A stretch of DNA of 61,910 nucleotides, counting the filler, from Pseudomonadota bacterium (GTDB taxonomy: Bacteria > Desulfobacterota > Desulfobacteria > Desulfobacterales > JBDRRP01): NCBI GenBank assembly GCA_043825735.1. It is 4 parts of 4 records of this genome, joined end to end, with 100 filler letters (N's around TTAATTAATTAA, not from the genome) between each part and the next. Parts side by side here need not be neighbours in the genome. Positions count along the whole stretch, not along the records: positions 1 to 26,168 come from JBDRRP010000032.1; 3 more parts are not named here. The stretch is one strand, 5' to 3'. Within the stretch, counting starts at the first letter, position 1, and every line of letters begins with the position of its first letter. The notes beneath the pieces were generated by a model. That model had not been told where the DNA came from. It was given only the letters and a program-made list of their open reading frames with translations, and ran no database searches. Shown piece by piece: positions 9,370 to 20,303 of this stretch. The position numbers were made by a program, and so were the translations under genes.

Positions 9370-9882
9370 TCAGGCGGCCTGTTTCAAGGAATGCACCTCT
9401 TCACTGCTCAACACCCGGTCGATATCGAGCAGCATCTTCACCCCGCCGTTGATCTTGGCCATGCCGCTGATGAACGCCGTGCTCACGCTGGCCCCGAAGG
9501 ACGGAGGCGGCTCGATGTCGCCTCCTTTAATATTGAGCACTTCGCTGACCGCATCCACCACGATGCCGACTTCGACCTTGATCTTCTCGGTGGCCATCTC
9601 GACCACCACGATGCAGGTCCGGTCGGTGTAGTCCCTGGCATCCATCCCGAAGCGCAGCCTCAGGTCGATCACCGGAATCACCTTTCCCCGTAGGTTGATC
9701 ACGCCGGTGACGTAATCGGGGGTCTGCGGCACCGAGGTGATCGGCATCATCCCCATAATCTCCTTGATCTTGAGGATGCCGATGCCGTACTCCTCTTCGG
9801 CCAGCACAAAGGTCAGATACTTCCCGTCACCGCTGTTCGACGCGACGCCGGTGCCGCTGCCATGGTTTGCGCCATTTTTCAT
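9370..9882 (-). CDS. cheW: Chemotaxis adaptor CheW
   Basis: KYLTF...EEYGI...VPQTPDYVTGVINLRGKVIPVIDLR...GIVVDAVSEV. Confidence 0.95.
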   Translation of the reverse strand: MKNGANHGSGTGVASNSGDGKYLTFVLAEEEYGIGILKIKEIMGMMPITSVPQTPDYVTGVINLRGKVIPVIDLRLRFGMDARDYTDRTCIVVVEMATEKIKVEVGIVVDAVSEVLNIKGGDIEPPPSFGASVSTAFISGMAKINGGVKMLLDIDRVLSSEEVHSLKQAA

Positions 9883-9951
9883 GATCGGGTTCCCTCCTTT
9901 GCTGCGCTGCGATGTCGAATGCTATTTTTCAAGATGGTTGACGAAAGGTTA

Positions 9952-9967
9952 TTCAAATATTATGCCA
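9952..9967 (-). promoter_or_regulatory. Putative sigma54 promoter of cheW-mcp
   Basis: TGGCAT-AATAT-TTGAA on the minus strand, the same variant as at 6865. Confidence 0.5.
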
Positions 9968-10338
9968 TCGACATCAAATCTTATTTTCTAATGTTCTTTT
10001 AAATAGTTACAAATGCCTCTCAGAAATCTTCCGCTCCTGAGGACCAGTGCGACAACCACCGCTTAAAAGCGACCGGGTTTCCCGTAAACACCCGTGTTTA
10101 GATGGTTTGGGATTGACCGCGGCGATTCTGAAAAAACAGACAGTCCAGAAAATCGGACAGATGTGGATACAGCGGATCTACACGGCGCTGGCATCGGAAT
10201 CCGTGCTTTGCCTCGGGCTGCAATGACGCAGATGCGGTCTCATTGTTGCGGCCCCCAGACGCTGCCATTTTTTTATAATGGCGGCAATTTCCGTCCACTC
10301 GGAATCCAAATAGGAAATAAAGCATTGTGGAATGTCTG

Positions 10339-10383
10339 AAAAAGCACACGGCATGGTGCGATCGCGCCATGCCGTGTGCTTTT
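10339..10383. terminator. Intrinsic terminator
   Basis: AAAAAGCACACGGCATGG...CCATGCCGTGTGCTTTT stem at the end of the signalling operon. Confidence 0.8.
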
Positions 10384-10409
10384 CTTTCATGAATTTGGCG
10401 AAGCCAAAT

Positions 10410-11249
10410 TCATTTGCCGTAGATGTCGTACTCCGGGTAATGCTTCTTTGCGCAGTCCGGGCAGATGCCGTGGCTGAACTCAGCCTCGGAATGCTCCCGG
10501 ACATAGGCGTCGATCTGCTTCCAGTAGCCTTGGTCGTCTCGGACATTCTTGCAATGCGCGCAGATGGGCAGCAGCCCGCTGAGGCGTTTGACCCGGGCCA
10601 GCGCTGCTTTCAATTCATCGATGAGCTGCTCGCGGTCCTGTTCGGCTTTCTGTCGGGTATCCGTGTTTCGGCTGTTTTGAAGGGCAATGGCGGCCAGTTC
10701 GCCGAATACGGCGGCAATGCGGGCGTCCTCGTCGGTAAAATCCCCGGGCTTGTTGGCCAGCCCGATGATACCCACGGTGTGCGCTTCCAGAACCAGCGGG
10801 GAAAACATCACGTTTCTCAAAATCACATGCCCCTTGGGCATGTACCGCACCCAGGCACTGTTCATAAAATCGTTGTTATACACCGCCGAATTGGTGCGGT
10901 AGGCCTCGGCCCGCAACCCCCGGATGGGCATGGGCAGTGCGGGGTCCACATCACAGGGGAGCCCGCCGGCCTCCAGGAAAAGGACTTCGTTTTCCGCGCC
11001 GTCTTCGCTCAGCAGGGCCACATACCCGGAAGTGGCGCCGATGGTTTCTTTGCACTGGTCGAAAATGGCCCGCGCCGCCTCTCTGAAACCCTTTTCCTGA
11101 AGCACCGCTTTCGATCCGCGGATGACGGCTGCCAATTGCGCCTGGCAGCGGGTCAACGCATCCGTTGCCCTCAGCGTCGCCGCAGCCGGGACGCCACCGG
11201 CATCCGGTTTCCCGCCGATGTCGGGCAATTCTTTGGCATATTGACTCAT
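10410..11249 (-). CDS. GAF domain protein with a C-terminal CxxC...CxxC domain
   Basis: GAF (GIIGLANKPGDF), a coiled coil, and LPICAHCK...GYW...FSHGICPDC. An AGGAG RBS precedes the ATG at 11249. Confidence 0.85.
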   Translation of the reverse strand: MSQYAKELPDIGGKPDAGGVPAAATLRATDALTRCQAQLAAVIRGSKAVLQEKGFREAARAIFDQCKETIGATSGYVALLSEDGAENEVLFLEAGGLPCDVDPALPMPIRGLRAEAYRTNSAVYNNDFMNSAWVRYMPKGHVILRNVMFSPLVLEAHTVGIIGLANKPGDFTDEDARIAAVFGELAAIALQNSRNTDTRQKAEQDREQLIDELKAALARVKRLSGLLPICAHCKNVRDDQGYWKQIDAYVREHSEAEFSHGICPDCAKKHYPEYDIYGK

Positions 11250-13564
11250 ATGGTCTCCTTGACTGATTCCTTTGCCGCATCGAGCACGCGCCTCACCATG
11301 CAACCGATTTCGGACTTGACGATAGGTTTCATGAGAAACCCCTTGATACCGATGGCCCGCGCCTTTTCTTCGGACAGTTTTTCGCTGAAGCCCGAGCAGA
11401 TGATGACCGGAATGTCGCGGCGCAGGTCGATGGCCCGGCGGGCCAGTTCGTCCCCGGTCATCCCGGGCATGGTCAGATCCGTGATGATGAGATCATAGTC
11501 GTGCGGCGCGTCCTTGAAAGCAGCCAGGGCTTCCAGGCTGCTCACCCGGCCCGTGACACGATAGCCGAGCTTTCCAAGCGATTGTGTCCCGAGCGCCACG
11601 ATCGTCGGATCGTCATCCACCAGCAGGATACGCTCATCGCCACTAGCCGCGGCGCCGCAGTCCTCGGGATCCGCCTCATCGGCGTTGAAAGTGATGACCG
11701 GAAAATAGATTTCGAAGGTCGTACCCCGGCCCGGCGTGCTGTCGACCGAGATGTGGCCGTTGTGGCTTTTTACGATGCCGTGAACGACCGCGAGCCCCAA
11801 ACCGGTGCCCTTCCCCTCCGCCTTGGTGGTGAAGTAGGGCTCGAAGATGCGGCCCAGAAGCTGTGGATCGATGCCCGTACCGGTATCTGCAATCGTGATG
11901 CGCGCGTACCTGCCCGGCTCCAGCGGCGGTTCCCGGCTATCGCCCAAGCCACGGTCCACAGCATCCAGACGGACGCTCAGGGGGCCGCCGGCGGCCTCCA
12001 TGGCATGACCCGCATTGGTGCACAGGTTCATGACGATCTGATGAATCTGAGTCGGGTCCGCCAGGACGACGCCGGCCTCGCCCTCGATGTCCGCCGTGAT
12101 GGCAATGGTGGCCGGCAAAGACGCCCGTATGAGCTTGAGGGCCTCCTCCAGGACGGACTGCAGCTTTATCGGTTTGGGCTCGGACTCGGCCTGGCGGCTG
12201 AACACCAGAATCTGCTTCACCAGATCCCGCGCGCGCAGGGTGCCGTCAAGCACCTGCTTCAGGGGCGCCCTCAGGTCGCTGTCCGGGGGCAGGTCGTCCA
12301 GAACCAACTCGGTGAAACCGAGGATGGGAGACAGAATATTGTTGAAATCGTGGGCAATGCCGCCGGCAAGGGCGCCCAGAGATTCCATCTTCTGCACCTG
12401 CTGGAGCTGGCGGACCATAGTGGCCTTTTCTTCATCGGCTCTCTTCCGATCCGAGATATCGCGCGCGATCGACAGCGCGTATTTCTCACCGTTCTTTTCG
12501 AAAAGCCGGATATTGCTCTCAACCGGGATCCGTCGGCCGTCTTTTGCGACATGGATCGTCTCGAAACTGAGCGCCCCGGCTGCGATGAGCTTTCGGGCGC
12601 GCACCACGGCCCGGTCGGAATCCGGTTCGGCGTCGATGTCCCTGGGTGACAGTTTCAGCAACTCGTCTTTGCCGTACCCGAGCCGCCGGCAGGCGGTCTC
12701 GTTGACTTCCAGAAACCGATCGGGAGTCCCGTTGTCGCCGATCCGGTGGAGAAAAACCGCATCGTGAATACTGTCGAACAGTAGTTTGTACTGCTCTTCG
12801 CTGATACGCAGATCCTCGGCGCGTGACTGAAGCCGTGTTTTCAGGCGATTGTTCAGAAACGTCAGTGTCATCAGCGCCGTAAAACCGCACATGACGGCAA
12901 CGAGCACTATGTTGGCCAGGGTGAACTCGTTTTGAACAGGGGCCCTAATGGATTCGATGGCGCGGATATAACCGACCTTCTCATTGAACCCGCCGCCACA
13001 GGAGTACCGCGCCCGCAGTTGCGTGGGGGCGTCCTGGGGATCGCCGTGACACTTCAGGCACGCCGGGTTGTTCTCCAAAAAAGGCTGGGCATGGTACAGG
13101 TATTTTTTGCCGTTGATCACCTGCACTTCCCGGTAACTTTTCTGCTGGCGGTCGGCATTGAACCGGGCAATCAGGTCCTGCTCGAAGGCATCGGCCTGAT
13201 TCACCGGGTTTCGCGGGTTTGTGGCCGCCAGCTTGTAATAGATCTTCGGATGGCCGGCGCCGGTGAGCTCTTCATTGAAATACTGGTGAATATTTCTCAC
13301 CATGAAAGACGACGACAGAAACTCCGGCTCATAAAAAGAGTCGTCAAGTTCGCCGATGTCTTTCAGTTCATACAGGGCCGGGTGGACGACGCGCTGGACG
13401 TAATGATGAACCCCCTTGTGGGAGAGCAGCAGGTATTCGATGTCCCTTTCAGCATGCGCGATCACATACGCGTTGGCGGCAAAATAGAGGGTGCCCCCGG
13501 CAAGCGCGGTGATGATGGCGCCGAAAGCCAGTGCCTTCAACGATTTCCATAAACCGGCCCTCAT
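11246..13564 (-). CDS. Hybrid sensor histidine kinase with a periplasmic heme-c (Tll0287/DUF3365-like) domain, PAS and REC
   Basis: TM, NPRNPVN...CLKCHG, TM, PAS, H-box AHDFNN, G-boxes, and a C-terminal REC domain. Confidence 0.9.
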   Translation of the reverse strand: MRAGLWKSLKALAFGAIITALAGGTLYFAANAYVIAHAERDIEYLLLSHKGVHHYVQRVVHPALYELKDIGELDDSFYEPEFLSSSFMVRNIHQYFNEELTGAGHPKIYYKLAATNPRNPVNQADAFEQDLIARFNADRQQKSYREVQVINGKKYLYHAQPFLENNPACLKCHGDPQDAPTQLRARYSCGGGFNEKVGYIRAIESIRAPVQNEFTLANIVLVAVMCGFTALMTLTFLNNRLKTRLQSRAEDLRISEEQYKLLFDSIHDAVFLHRIGDNGTPDRFLEVNETACRRLGYGKDELLKLSPRDIDAEPDSDRAVVRARKLIAAGALSFETIHVAKDGRRIPVESNIRLFEKNGEKYALSIARDISDRKRADEEKATMVRQLQQVQKMESLGALAGGIAHDFNNILSPILGFTELVLDDLPPDSDLRAPLKQVLDGTLRARDLVKQILVFSRQAESEPKPIKLQSVLEEALKLIRASLPATIAITADIEGEAGVVLADPTQIHQIVMNLCTNAGHAMEAAGGPLSVRLDAVDRGLGDSREPPLEPGRYARITIADTGTGIDPQLLGRIFEPYFTTKAEGKGTGLGLAVVHGIVKSHNGHISVDSTPGRGTTFEIYFPVITFNADEADPEDCGAAASGDERILLVDDDPTIVALGTQSLGKLGYRVTGRVSSLEALAAFKDAPHDYDLIITDLTMPGMTGDELARRAIDLRRDIPVIICSGFSEKLSEEKARAIGIKGFLMKPIVKSEIGCMVRRVLDAAKESVKETI

Positions 13565-13652
13565 AAAGGCATCTCCTTACTAGGTTGCTTTCGGATCTTC
13601 AGAAAAATTGATGGCCCTGTAGAAAAGCGCGCCCACCCACGCCGGCGTGCGT

Positions 13653-16007
13653 TCATACACCATCAAGCACTTGGCGGATGGTTTTCGCCATCTCGGATTT
13701 AACCACCGGTTTCAACAGAAACCCTTTGATGCCCAGGGCCAGAGCGAGCGTCTGGCTGATGCGTTCACTGAATCCGGTGCAGATGATGATGGGGATATCG
13801 GGTTTCAGCGACAAAAGCTCCCGTGCCAACCGATCACCCGTCATATGGGGCATGGTCATGTCCGTTATGACCAGGTCAAACGCCCGCGGATCGCTACGGA
13901 AAAGATCAAGCGCGTCACTGCTGCTGGTTCTTGCCGTCACCCGGTAGCCCAGCCTTTCCAGCATCTGGGTCACCAGATTGATGATGGGCGCTTCGTCATC
14001 CACCAGCAGGATACGCTCGCTGCCCGATGGAACGACCTGCCCGGTGCCGGTTTCCGCCGCGACGGCACCGGATTCCAAAACGGGCAGACAGACCTGAAAC
14101 GTGGCGCCCTGCCCGGGGCTGCTGCTCACCCGCACATCGCCGCCGAACTCTTTGACGATGCCGTAGACCACCGACAACCCCAGCCCGGTGCCCTTGCCCT
14201 GCGCCTTGGTGGTAAAATACGGCTCAAAAATCTTTCCGATGATTTCCGGAGCAACGCCCGGTCCGGTGTCGGATACGGCAAGGCAGGCGTAGGTGCCTGG
14301 CGCCAGCGCAGGCCAGTCCGGGTCGCCGGCGCGCACCAGGGCCTCTTCAAGTCTGATGTGGATCGTACCGCCGCCCTCCTCGACGGCATGGTAGGCATTG
14401 GTCACCAGATTCATAATGATCTGGTGCACCTGGGAGGGGTCCGCCGATACCAGAGCCACGTCCGAGCGGATATGGCTGGTGATGGCGATATCGGAGGGTA
14501 TCGTGGACTTGACGAGTTTGAGCACCTCTTTGACGATGGGCTGGATCCTTATGGGAAGCTTCTGAGATTTGGACTGCCGGCTGAAGGCCAGGATCTGCTT
14601 GACCAGCCCCCCTGCCCTTTTGGCGGCACTGTGGATCTCATTAATGCTGTCGTAAATACCGCTTTCCGGCGTGATGTCTTCAAGAAGCATCTCCGAAAGA
14701 CCCATAATGGGAAACAGAATATTGTTGAAATCATGGGCGATACCGCTGGCAAGCGCGCCGATGGCCTCCATTTTTTGAGATTGCACGACGCGTTTCTCCA
14801 AATCGAGCTCCCGGGAGATATCCCGTGAAATCCACACGAAATGAATCACCCGGCCGGCATCATCCTTGACCGGCGATATGGAGCACTCGGCCGTATAGCG
14901 GGTGCCGTCCTTGCGCTTGTTGACGAGATGCCCCCCCCAGCGTTCACCGGAACGAATCGTCTCCCAGAGTACCTGATAAAACGCGCGGTCGTGGTGACCG
15001 CTTTTGAGAATGCGTGGTGTCTGGCCGATCACCTCGTCAAGGCGGTAACCGGTGATGCGCTCGAAGGCCGGGTTGGCGTAAGTGATTACCCCTTCGGTCG
15101 TGGTGATGACAACGGCCTCTTCAGCCTGGCGGACCGCTTCAGCCAGTTTGACCAGTTCCAGTTGCGCCGCCTTGCGCTCGGAGATATCGAGGATGGTGCC
15201 GATGGCGGCAGGCCGCCCTTCATAGACGGCCACCGATCCGAATACCTCGAGGTCAAACACCTCGCCGCCCTGTTTCACCCCGCGAAACGGGTACTGGGTT
15301 GTTTTCAGATCGCCGCTCAGCCGTCGGTCGATCTGCGCTTTGACCAGTGCCCGATCATCGTCAAAGACGAGCCTTGAAAACGGCATGCCGTCCAGACACT
15401 CCGCAACGGAATACCCGAACATCGCGGCGAACCGGGGATTGACGTATTTGAAAAACCCGTCTTGGATGAGATAGATGCCCACCATCGAGTGCTCGGCAAA
15501 ACTGCGAAACTTCTCCTCGGAATCTCGCAGGGCGCTTTCAGCGTTTTTGCGCTCGGTGATGTTTTCAAAGGTCACGGCAAAGGTGCCGATCTGCGGGCTG
15601 TAGGCGGACACCAGGTACCAGTGCCGGTGGGGTTCGAAATACTGCTCGAAAGTCACGGGCGCGCCGGTCAGGGCGACCTTTCCGTAGATCCCGATCCAGT
15701 CGAAGGCCATGTCTTGGATGCCGGGATGAACCGCGGTCACCGCCCTGCCGATGATGTCCTCCCGACGCAGGCCGGTCATCCGCTCGAAGGCGGGATTGGC
15801 ATCCAAAAAAATATAGTCGACGGGAGTGCCGGCCTCATCGGTTACGATCCGGTGATAGGCGAACCCGTTGAGCATGTTGTCGAACAGGCTCCGATCGGAT
15901 ACCGCCCCATCATGCAGCCTGCGGATAGTCGCTTTGAGAGCGCCGACTTCTTCGGTGAGTTCTTCCACGCGCCGCGCCAAGATGCGATCGGCCTGTTTTT
16001 CGATCAT
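13653..16007 (-). CDS. Cytoplasmic multi-PAS hybrid histidine kinase
   Basis: Three PAS domains, AHDFNN, FTTK...GTGLGL, and REC. Confidence 0.92.
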   Translation of the reverse strand: MIEKQADRILARRVEELTEEVGALKATIRRLHDGAVSDRSLFDNMLNGFAYHRIVTDEAGTPVDYIFLDANPAFERMTGLRREDIIGRAVTAVHPGIQDMAFDWIGIYGKVALTGAPVTFEQYFEPHRHWYLVSAYSPQIGTFAVTFENITERKNAESALRDSEEKFRSFAEHSMVGIYLIQDGFFKYVNPRFAAMFGYSVAECLDGMPFSRLVFDDDRALVKAQIDRRLSGDLKTTQYPFRGVKQGGEVFDLEVFGSVAVYEGRPAAIGTILDISERKAAQLELVKLAEAVRQAEEAVVITTTEGVITYANPAFERITGYRLDEVIGQTPRILKSGHHDRAFYQVLWETIRSGERWGGHLVNKRKDGTRYTAECSISPVKDDAGRVIHFVWISRDISRELDLEKRVVQSQKMEAIGALASGIAHDFNNILFPIMGLSEMLLEDITPESGIYDSINEIHSAAKRAGGLVKQILAFSRQSKSQKLPIRIQPIVKEVLKLVKSTIPSDIAITSHIRSDVALVSADPSQVHQIIMNLVTNAYHAVEEGGGTIHIRLEEALVRAGDPDWPALAPGTYACLAVSDTGPGVAPEIIGKIFEPYFTTKAQGKGTGLGLSVVYGIVKEFGGDVRVSSSPGQGATFQVCLPVLESGAVAAETGTGQVVPSGSERILLVDDEAPIINLVTQMLERLGYRVTARTSSSDALDLFRSDPRAFDLVITDMTMPHMTGDRLARELLSLKPDIPIIICTGFSERISQTLALALGIKGFLLKPVVKSEMAKTIRQVLDGV

Positions 16008-16036
16008 GGTGCCGGCTCCTCGGATAAGACTGGCAT

Positions 16037-17452
16037 CTACTGCGATTCCGAACCCAGTCGCGGAAGATCGATGTTGTATTTTTTCAAGAGTTGGTAAAGA
16101 TACGATCGCGAAAGCCCGGAGATGTGACAGGCGCCCGGGATATCGGCCCCGCGCTCTCTCAACAGATCGCGAAGATACTCCTCTTTCATCTGCTCGATGA
16201 ACGCCTTCAGGGAGGTGCGCGCCGCGCCGCCGCGCGCACCCCCCGCGGGCTCCGCTGACGGCGCCTCGGCATGCGTCATGCGTTTGCGGGCCACACTGGC
16301 CCGGATCCGCGGCGGCAGATGCTTGGGAAACAGGATAGGCTCATCGAAGGCCTCGGCCAGCACCCGTTCGATGGTGTTCATGAGTTCGCGCACATTACCG
16401 GGCCAGTCGTAACCCGACAGGGTTTCGATGAATTCCGGGGACATCCCCTGGGATGCTTCCGCCGCGATGCTGCACGATCGACGGATCTGGGCGAGCGCCA
16501 GTGCCGGGATATCTTCCTTGCGCTCCCGCAGCGGCGGCAGGTGAATGTGGGTGGCCTGGATCCGGTAAAGGAGATCCTGCCGGAACTGCTTCTCCGTGAC
16601 CATGGCCGGCAGATCACGGTTGGTGGCACAGATCAGTCGGAAATCACTGGTTATCTCTTGTTTACCGCCCACCGGGCGATAGCTGCGCTCCTGAAGCACC
16701 CTAAGAAACTTCTTCTGCAAATCCAGCGGCAGCTCGCCGATCTCGTCGAGAAACAGTGTGCCGCCGTCGGCCTGTTCGATCAGCCCGCTGCGGTTGGCAT
16801 CGGCGCCGGTGAATGCCCCTTTGACGTGACCGAACAGGGTGCTCTCCACCAACGATTCGGGCAGCGTCGCACAATCCAGCACCACGAAGCTCTTGCCGCA
16901 CCGGGCGCTGTTTTCGTGAATGGCTCTGGAAAACAGCTCCTTTCCAGTACCGGTTTCGCCGGTGATGAGCACACTGACATCCGAGTTGGCCGCCTGCGCG
17001 ACCTTTTCCAGGCAGGCCTGGATGACGCGACTCGTGCCCACGATGTCATTGCTTTTCAGCGCCACCAGGGCGCGCTTGGCCAGTTTCTGCAGGCGGTATT
17101 GTATGGCGCGCTTCAACGATAGCCGGATATCCTGGATGGAAGAGCTTTTCTCGATGTAATCCCAGGCACCGCAGTTCATGGCCAGTTCGGCACCGTGTGC
17201 GTCGCCGTAGCCGGTGATAATGATCACCTCCGGTGCACTGCCGGTCTCCTGGATCCGGGGGAGCAGATCCAGACCGCTGCCATCAGGGAGGTTGACGTCC
17301 AGGAAAACGATGTCATAGGCCTGTTTTCGGGCAGCGTCGAGCCCACTGGCGATGGAATTAAAAGCAGTGCCGGTGCATTCCATTTTCGACACCAGTTGGC
17401 ACAGCGTGGTGCACATGCCCGGGTTGTCATCGATGATCAGAACGTTGGCCAT
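16037..17452 (-). CDS. Sigma54-dependent (NtrC-family) response regulator
   Basis: REC, Walker [15 protein letters not shown] loop, [15 protein letters not shown], and a C-terminal HTH. Confidence 0.95.
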   Translation of the reverse strand: MANVLIIDDNPGMCTTLCQLVSKMECTGTAFNSIASGLDAARKQAYDIVFLDVNLPDGSGLDLLPRIQETGSAPEVIIITGYGDAHGAELAMNCGAWDYIEKSSSIQDIRLSLKRAIQYRLQKLAKRALVALKSNDIVGTSRVIQACLEKVAQAANSDVSVLITGETGTGKELFSRAIHENSARCGKSFVVLDCATLPESLVESTLFGHVKGAFTGADANRSGLIEQADGGTLFLDEIGELPLDLQKKFLRVLQERSYRPVGGKQEITSDFRLICATNRDLPAMVTEKQFRQDLLYRIQATHIHLPPLRERKEDIPALALAQIRRSCSIAAEASQGMSPEFIETLSGYDWPGNVRELMNTIERVLAEAFDEPILFPKHLPPRIRASVARKRMTHAEAPSAEPAGGARGGAARTSLKAFIEQMKEEYLRDLLRERGADIPGACHISGLSRSYLYQLLKKYNIDLPRLGSESQ

Positions 17453-17476
17453 AAACAGGTTACCTTTCAAAACGCC

Positions 17477-20155
17477 TTAACTCCGCTGTGCGGCAGGCCG
17501 CGATGAGTGTTTGTCCAGTTCTTCCCGCACGGCCGTTACCAATTCACGCATGACCAGCGGTTTTTCCAGCACCCGGCCGGCAGCGATGGCCCGGGTATAG
17601 CTCTCGGAGAGCTGTTCGCTGAACCCGGTGCAGATGATCACGGGCATGTCTCCACGGATGCGTTTTACCGATACGGCAAGATGATCGCCGGTCATTTCGG
17701 GCATGCTCATGTCGGTCAACACCAGATCGAAGCCGTGCGGGTCCTGCCGGAAAGCCTCCAGGGCATCACGGCTGGAGGTAAACCCTTTTACCTGGTACCC
17801 TTTGCGCTTGAGCATCTGGGTGACAAGCATGACGATGGATGGTTCGTCGTCTATGACCATGACACGCTCCGAGCCGGCAGACACGGTATCGACGGCGACG
17901 GTATCCTCGACCGGCGCCACCACAGTATTGAGGGCGGGCAGATAGACGCTGAAGAGCGTTCCTTTCCCCGGTTCACTTTTCACCCTAATGTCACCCCGAT
18001 AGCTGCGCACGATGCCGTGGACCACAGCCAGCCCCAACCCGGACCCCTTGTCCTTGCCCTTGGTGGAAAAATAAGGATCGAAGATCCGATCCACAGTGGC
18101 GGCATCCATGCCAACCCCGGTATCGGATACGGTGAGACAGACATAATTGCCCGGCAGCAGGGTGTCGTCGCGGTCCGTCCCCGCATCGACGGTGACCGGT
18201 GTCAAACTGACGTCGAGCACCCCGCCGCTGGCTTGCATGGCATGAAAGGCATTGGTAACCAGATTCATGACGACTTGATGGATGTGGGTCGTATCGGCCA
18301 TCACCACGCCGCAGCGCTCATCGATCCACTCGTGAACCGTGATATTTGCCGGCAGGGTCGCCTGCGCGAGACTCACGGCTTCCCGGACGGTGTCCGAAAT
18401 GTTGACCGCTCGAAGCTCCTGCTTTTCTTGGGCGCTGAAATCGAGGATTTGCCTGACCAGACGACGGGCGCGCTGAGCGGCCGCCAGCACTTGCGCCAGA
18501 TTGCTGCGCAGGGGACTGTCCGGATCCAGGTCTTCCATCACCATTTCGGTCAGCCCCACGACGGGAAACAGAATATTGTTGAAATCGTGGGCGATGCCGC
18601 CGGCCAGGGTGCCGATGGCTTCCATTTTCTGAAGCTGGCGCAACTGGGATTCCAGCGTTTCCTTTTCGATTTCCAGCGTGCGCCGGGTCAACCAAGAATG
18701 CAGCACCGGGGCGAGCTGATCGACAATCCGCGATAACCTGTCCGCATCGGCCTGAGCGTAGCCACCGGGCCTGTTAGCCACAGTGCACTGACCGATGAGG
18801 GCGCCCCGGTAAAGAATCGGGCACGCCAGTACCGCGCTCAGCGGCATATGTCCATCGGGTGGCCCAAGGTTGTCGTTGGCCCACTGGATTTTCTGCTCTT
18901 TAAGGCTTTTTCCCCACAGTCCATCCCAGGATGCTTTCGGAAATACCCTATGCTTGTCGGCGATGCGGCAGTGATCCCAGCCATTTCGCGTCATCGACGG
19001 CGCCAGCAGATCACCATTGGCATCGATATAACCCAAATACCCATAAGGACTGTCCAGTGCCGACAAAACAATATCCAGGACCTCGTTGAAGAGGTTTTCA
19101 TCCGAAGCGGTGAGAAATACCGTGGCGATACGGTTGTAGACATCCAGTTCTACGGCGGTTTTGAGAAGCACTTGCTCGGTTGATTTTCGCAGCCCCAGTT
19201 CTTCGGTCATCCGGGCATAAAGCCGTGCATTGTCAAGAGCGATGCCGGCCAGCTCAGCGAACCGGGTCATCACGGCCACATCCCGGTCGGTGAACGGCGT
19301 GCTCTCCCCGTAAAACCGTCCCAGACCGATCACCCCCACGATGGCTTCACCAGAACGGATCGGCACTCCGAACAGGCTGTGAAGATCGTCGTAGACGCTC
19401 TCCCGGCAGCGGCCTTCCCACGTGCTGTAGTCCGCCACTCGCAGGGGCGCACCGCTCTCCCAGATACGGCCACTGAGTCCCTGGCCCTTCTTGAGGCGGA
19501 AACCCAGCAGCTTCTCCCGGTAAGTACCGGTCGCCACCTGCAGGCGCAGGTCCCCGGCAGTGTCGTCCACCAGGTACACGAACCCGTCCCGGGTCCCGGC
19601 CAGCTGGGCAGCGCGTTCGACGATTTCCTGGAGAAGATCCCGCGGGTCCAGACGCCCCATCAGACTCAGGGAAATGCGGTGGATGGCGTCGAGGTATTCG
19701 GCCTGCTCGCGCAGGCGCTGCCGGCGCCGGTAGTGTTCCGTAGTGTCGATGGATATGATCTGAACGGCCGCAACCGCGTTGCCGTCGTCCTTCAACGGCT
19801 TGTATGTCGAGGTGTAGCGCCGCTGAAAGTCGCCGAGCGCCACATCGTCGGCATACTGGGCCTCAACGCCGGTGTCCGCGGCCTTGTGGATTCTCGATAA
19901 GTAGGTGTCCGCGTTTGCAGGAAACAGCGTTCGGATGTCTTGTCCCACCAGGGCCGTCGGGGTTTGGCCCACGAGATCGGCCGCGTCCTGGTTGGCGAAG
20001 ATCACCACCCCGTCCGGGGTATACACCATGGACGGGTGCCCCATCTGCAGCATGAACTGAAGAAGGCGGGTGTTGTCTGGGGGGAGCCGGGAGATGGAAC
20101 GGCTGGATGCCGTCACGTCAACCGGAGCCTGCGATATTGGGTTGCCCGATGTCAT
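17477..20155 (-). CDS. PAS-GAF-GAF hybrid histidine kinase
   Basis: PAS, two GAF domains, AHDFNN, HATPase, and REC. Confidence 0.92.
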   Translation of the reverse strand: MTSGNPISQAPVDVTASSRSISRLPPDNTRLLQFMLQMGHPSMVYTPDGVVIFANQDAADLVGQTPTALVGQDIRTLFPANADTYLSRIHKAADTGVEAQYADDVALGDFQRRYTSTYKPLKDDGNAVAAVQIISIDTTEHYRRRQRLREQAEYLDAIHRISLSLMGRLDPRDLLQEIVERAAQLAGTRDGFVYLVDDTAGDLRLQVATGTYREKLLGFRLKKGQGLSGRIWESGAPLRVADYSTWEGRCRESVYDDLHSLFGVPIRSGEAIVGVIGLGRFYGESTPFTDRDVAVMTRFAELAGIALDNARLYARMTEELGLRKSTEQVLLKTAVELDVYNRIATVFLTASDENLFNEVLDIVLSALDSPYGYLGYIDANGDLLAPSMTRNGWDHCRIADKHRVFPKASWDGLWGKSLKEQKIQWANDNLGPPDGHMPLSAVLACPILYRGALIGQCTVANRPGGYAQADADRLSRIVDQLAPVLHSWLTRRTLEIEKETLESQLRQLQKMEAIGTLAGGIAHDFNNILFPVVGLTEMVMEDLDPDSPLRSNLAQVLAAAQRARRLVRQILDFSAQEKQELRAVNISDTVREAVSLAQATLPANITVHEWIDERCGVVMADTTHIHQVVMNLVTNAFHAMQASGGVLDVSLTPVTVDAGTDRDDTLLPGNYVCLTVSDTGVGMDAATVDRIFDPYFSTKGKDKGSGLGLAVVHGIVRSYRGDIRVKSEPGKGTLFSVYLPALNTVVAPVEDTVAVDTVSAGSERVMVIDDEPSIVMLVTQMLKRKGYQVKGFTSSRDALEAFRQDPHGFDLVLTDMSMPEMTGDHLAVSVKRIRGDMPVIICTGFSEQLSESYTRAIAAGRVLEKPLVMRELVTAVREELDKHSSRPAAQRS

Positions 20156-20303
20156 ACTTTGCCCGATCTATCGGCGTTGGGCGCCGCGGCACTTAAGTAG
20201 CTGGCTGCCGAAAATGACGCAGCTGTCTTTTTTATTAGACAACCCAGTGTCCAGCGTGTCAATGGCTATAAAACAGGGCAACAATAGGACACTCAACGTC
20301 CCA

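Noticed and set aside
3064..18736. Long antisense ORFs (e.g. 3064-4176, 5511-6890, 10332-11498, 11501-12649, 13647-14828, 17507-18736)
   Set aside because: These are shadow frames of well-supported genes in GC-rich DNA, with no recognisable motifs.
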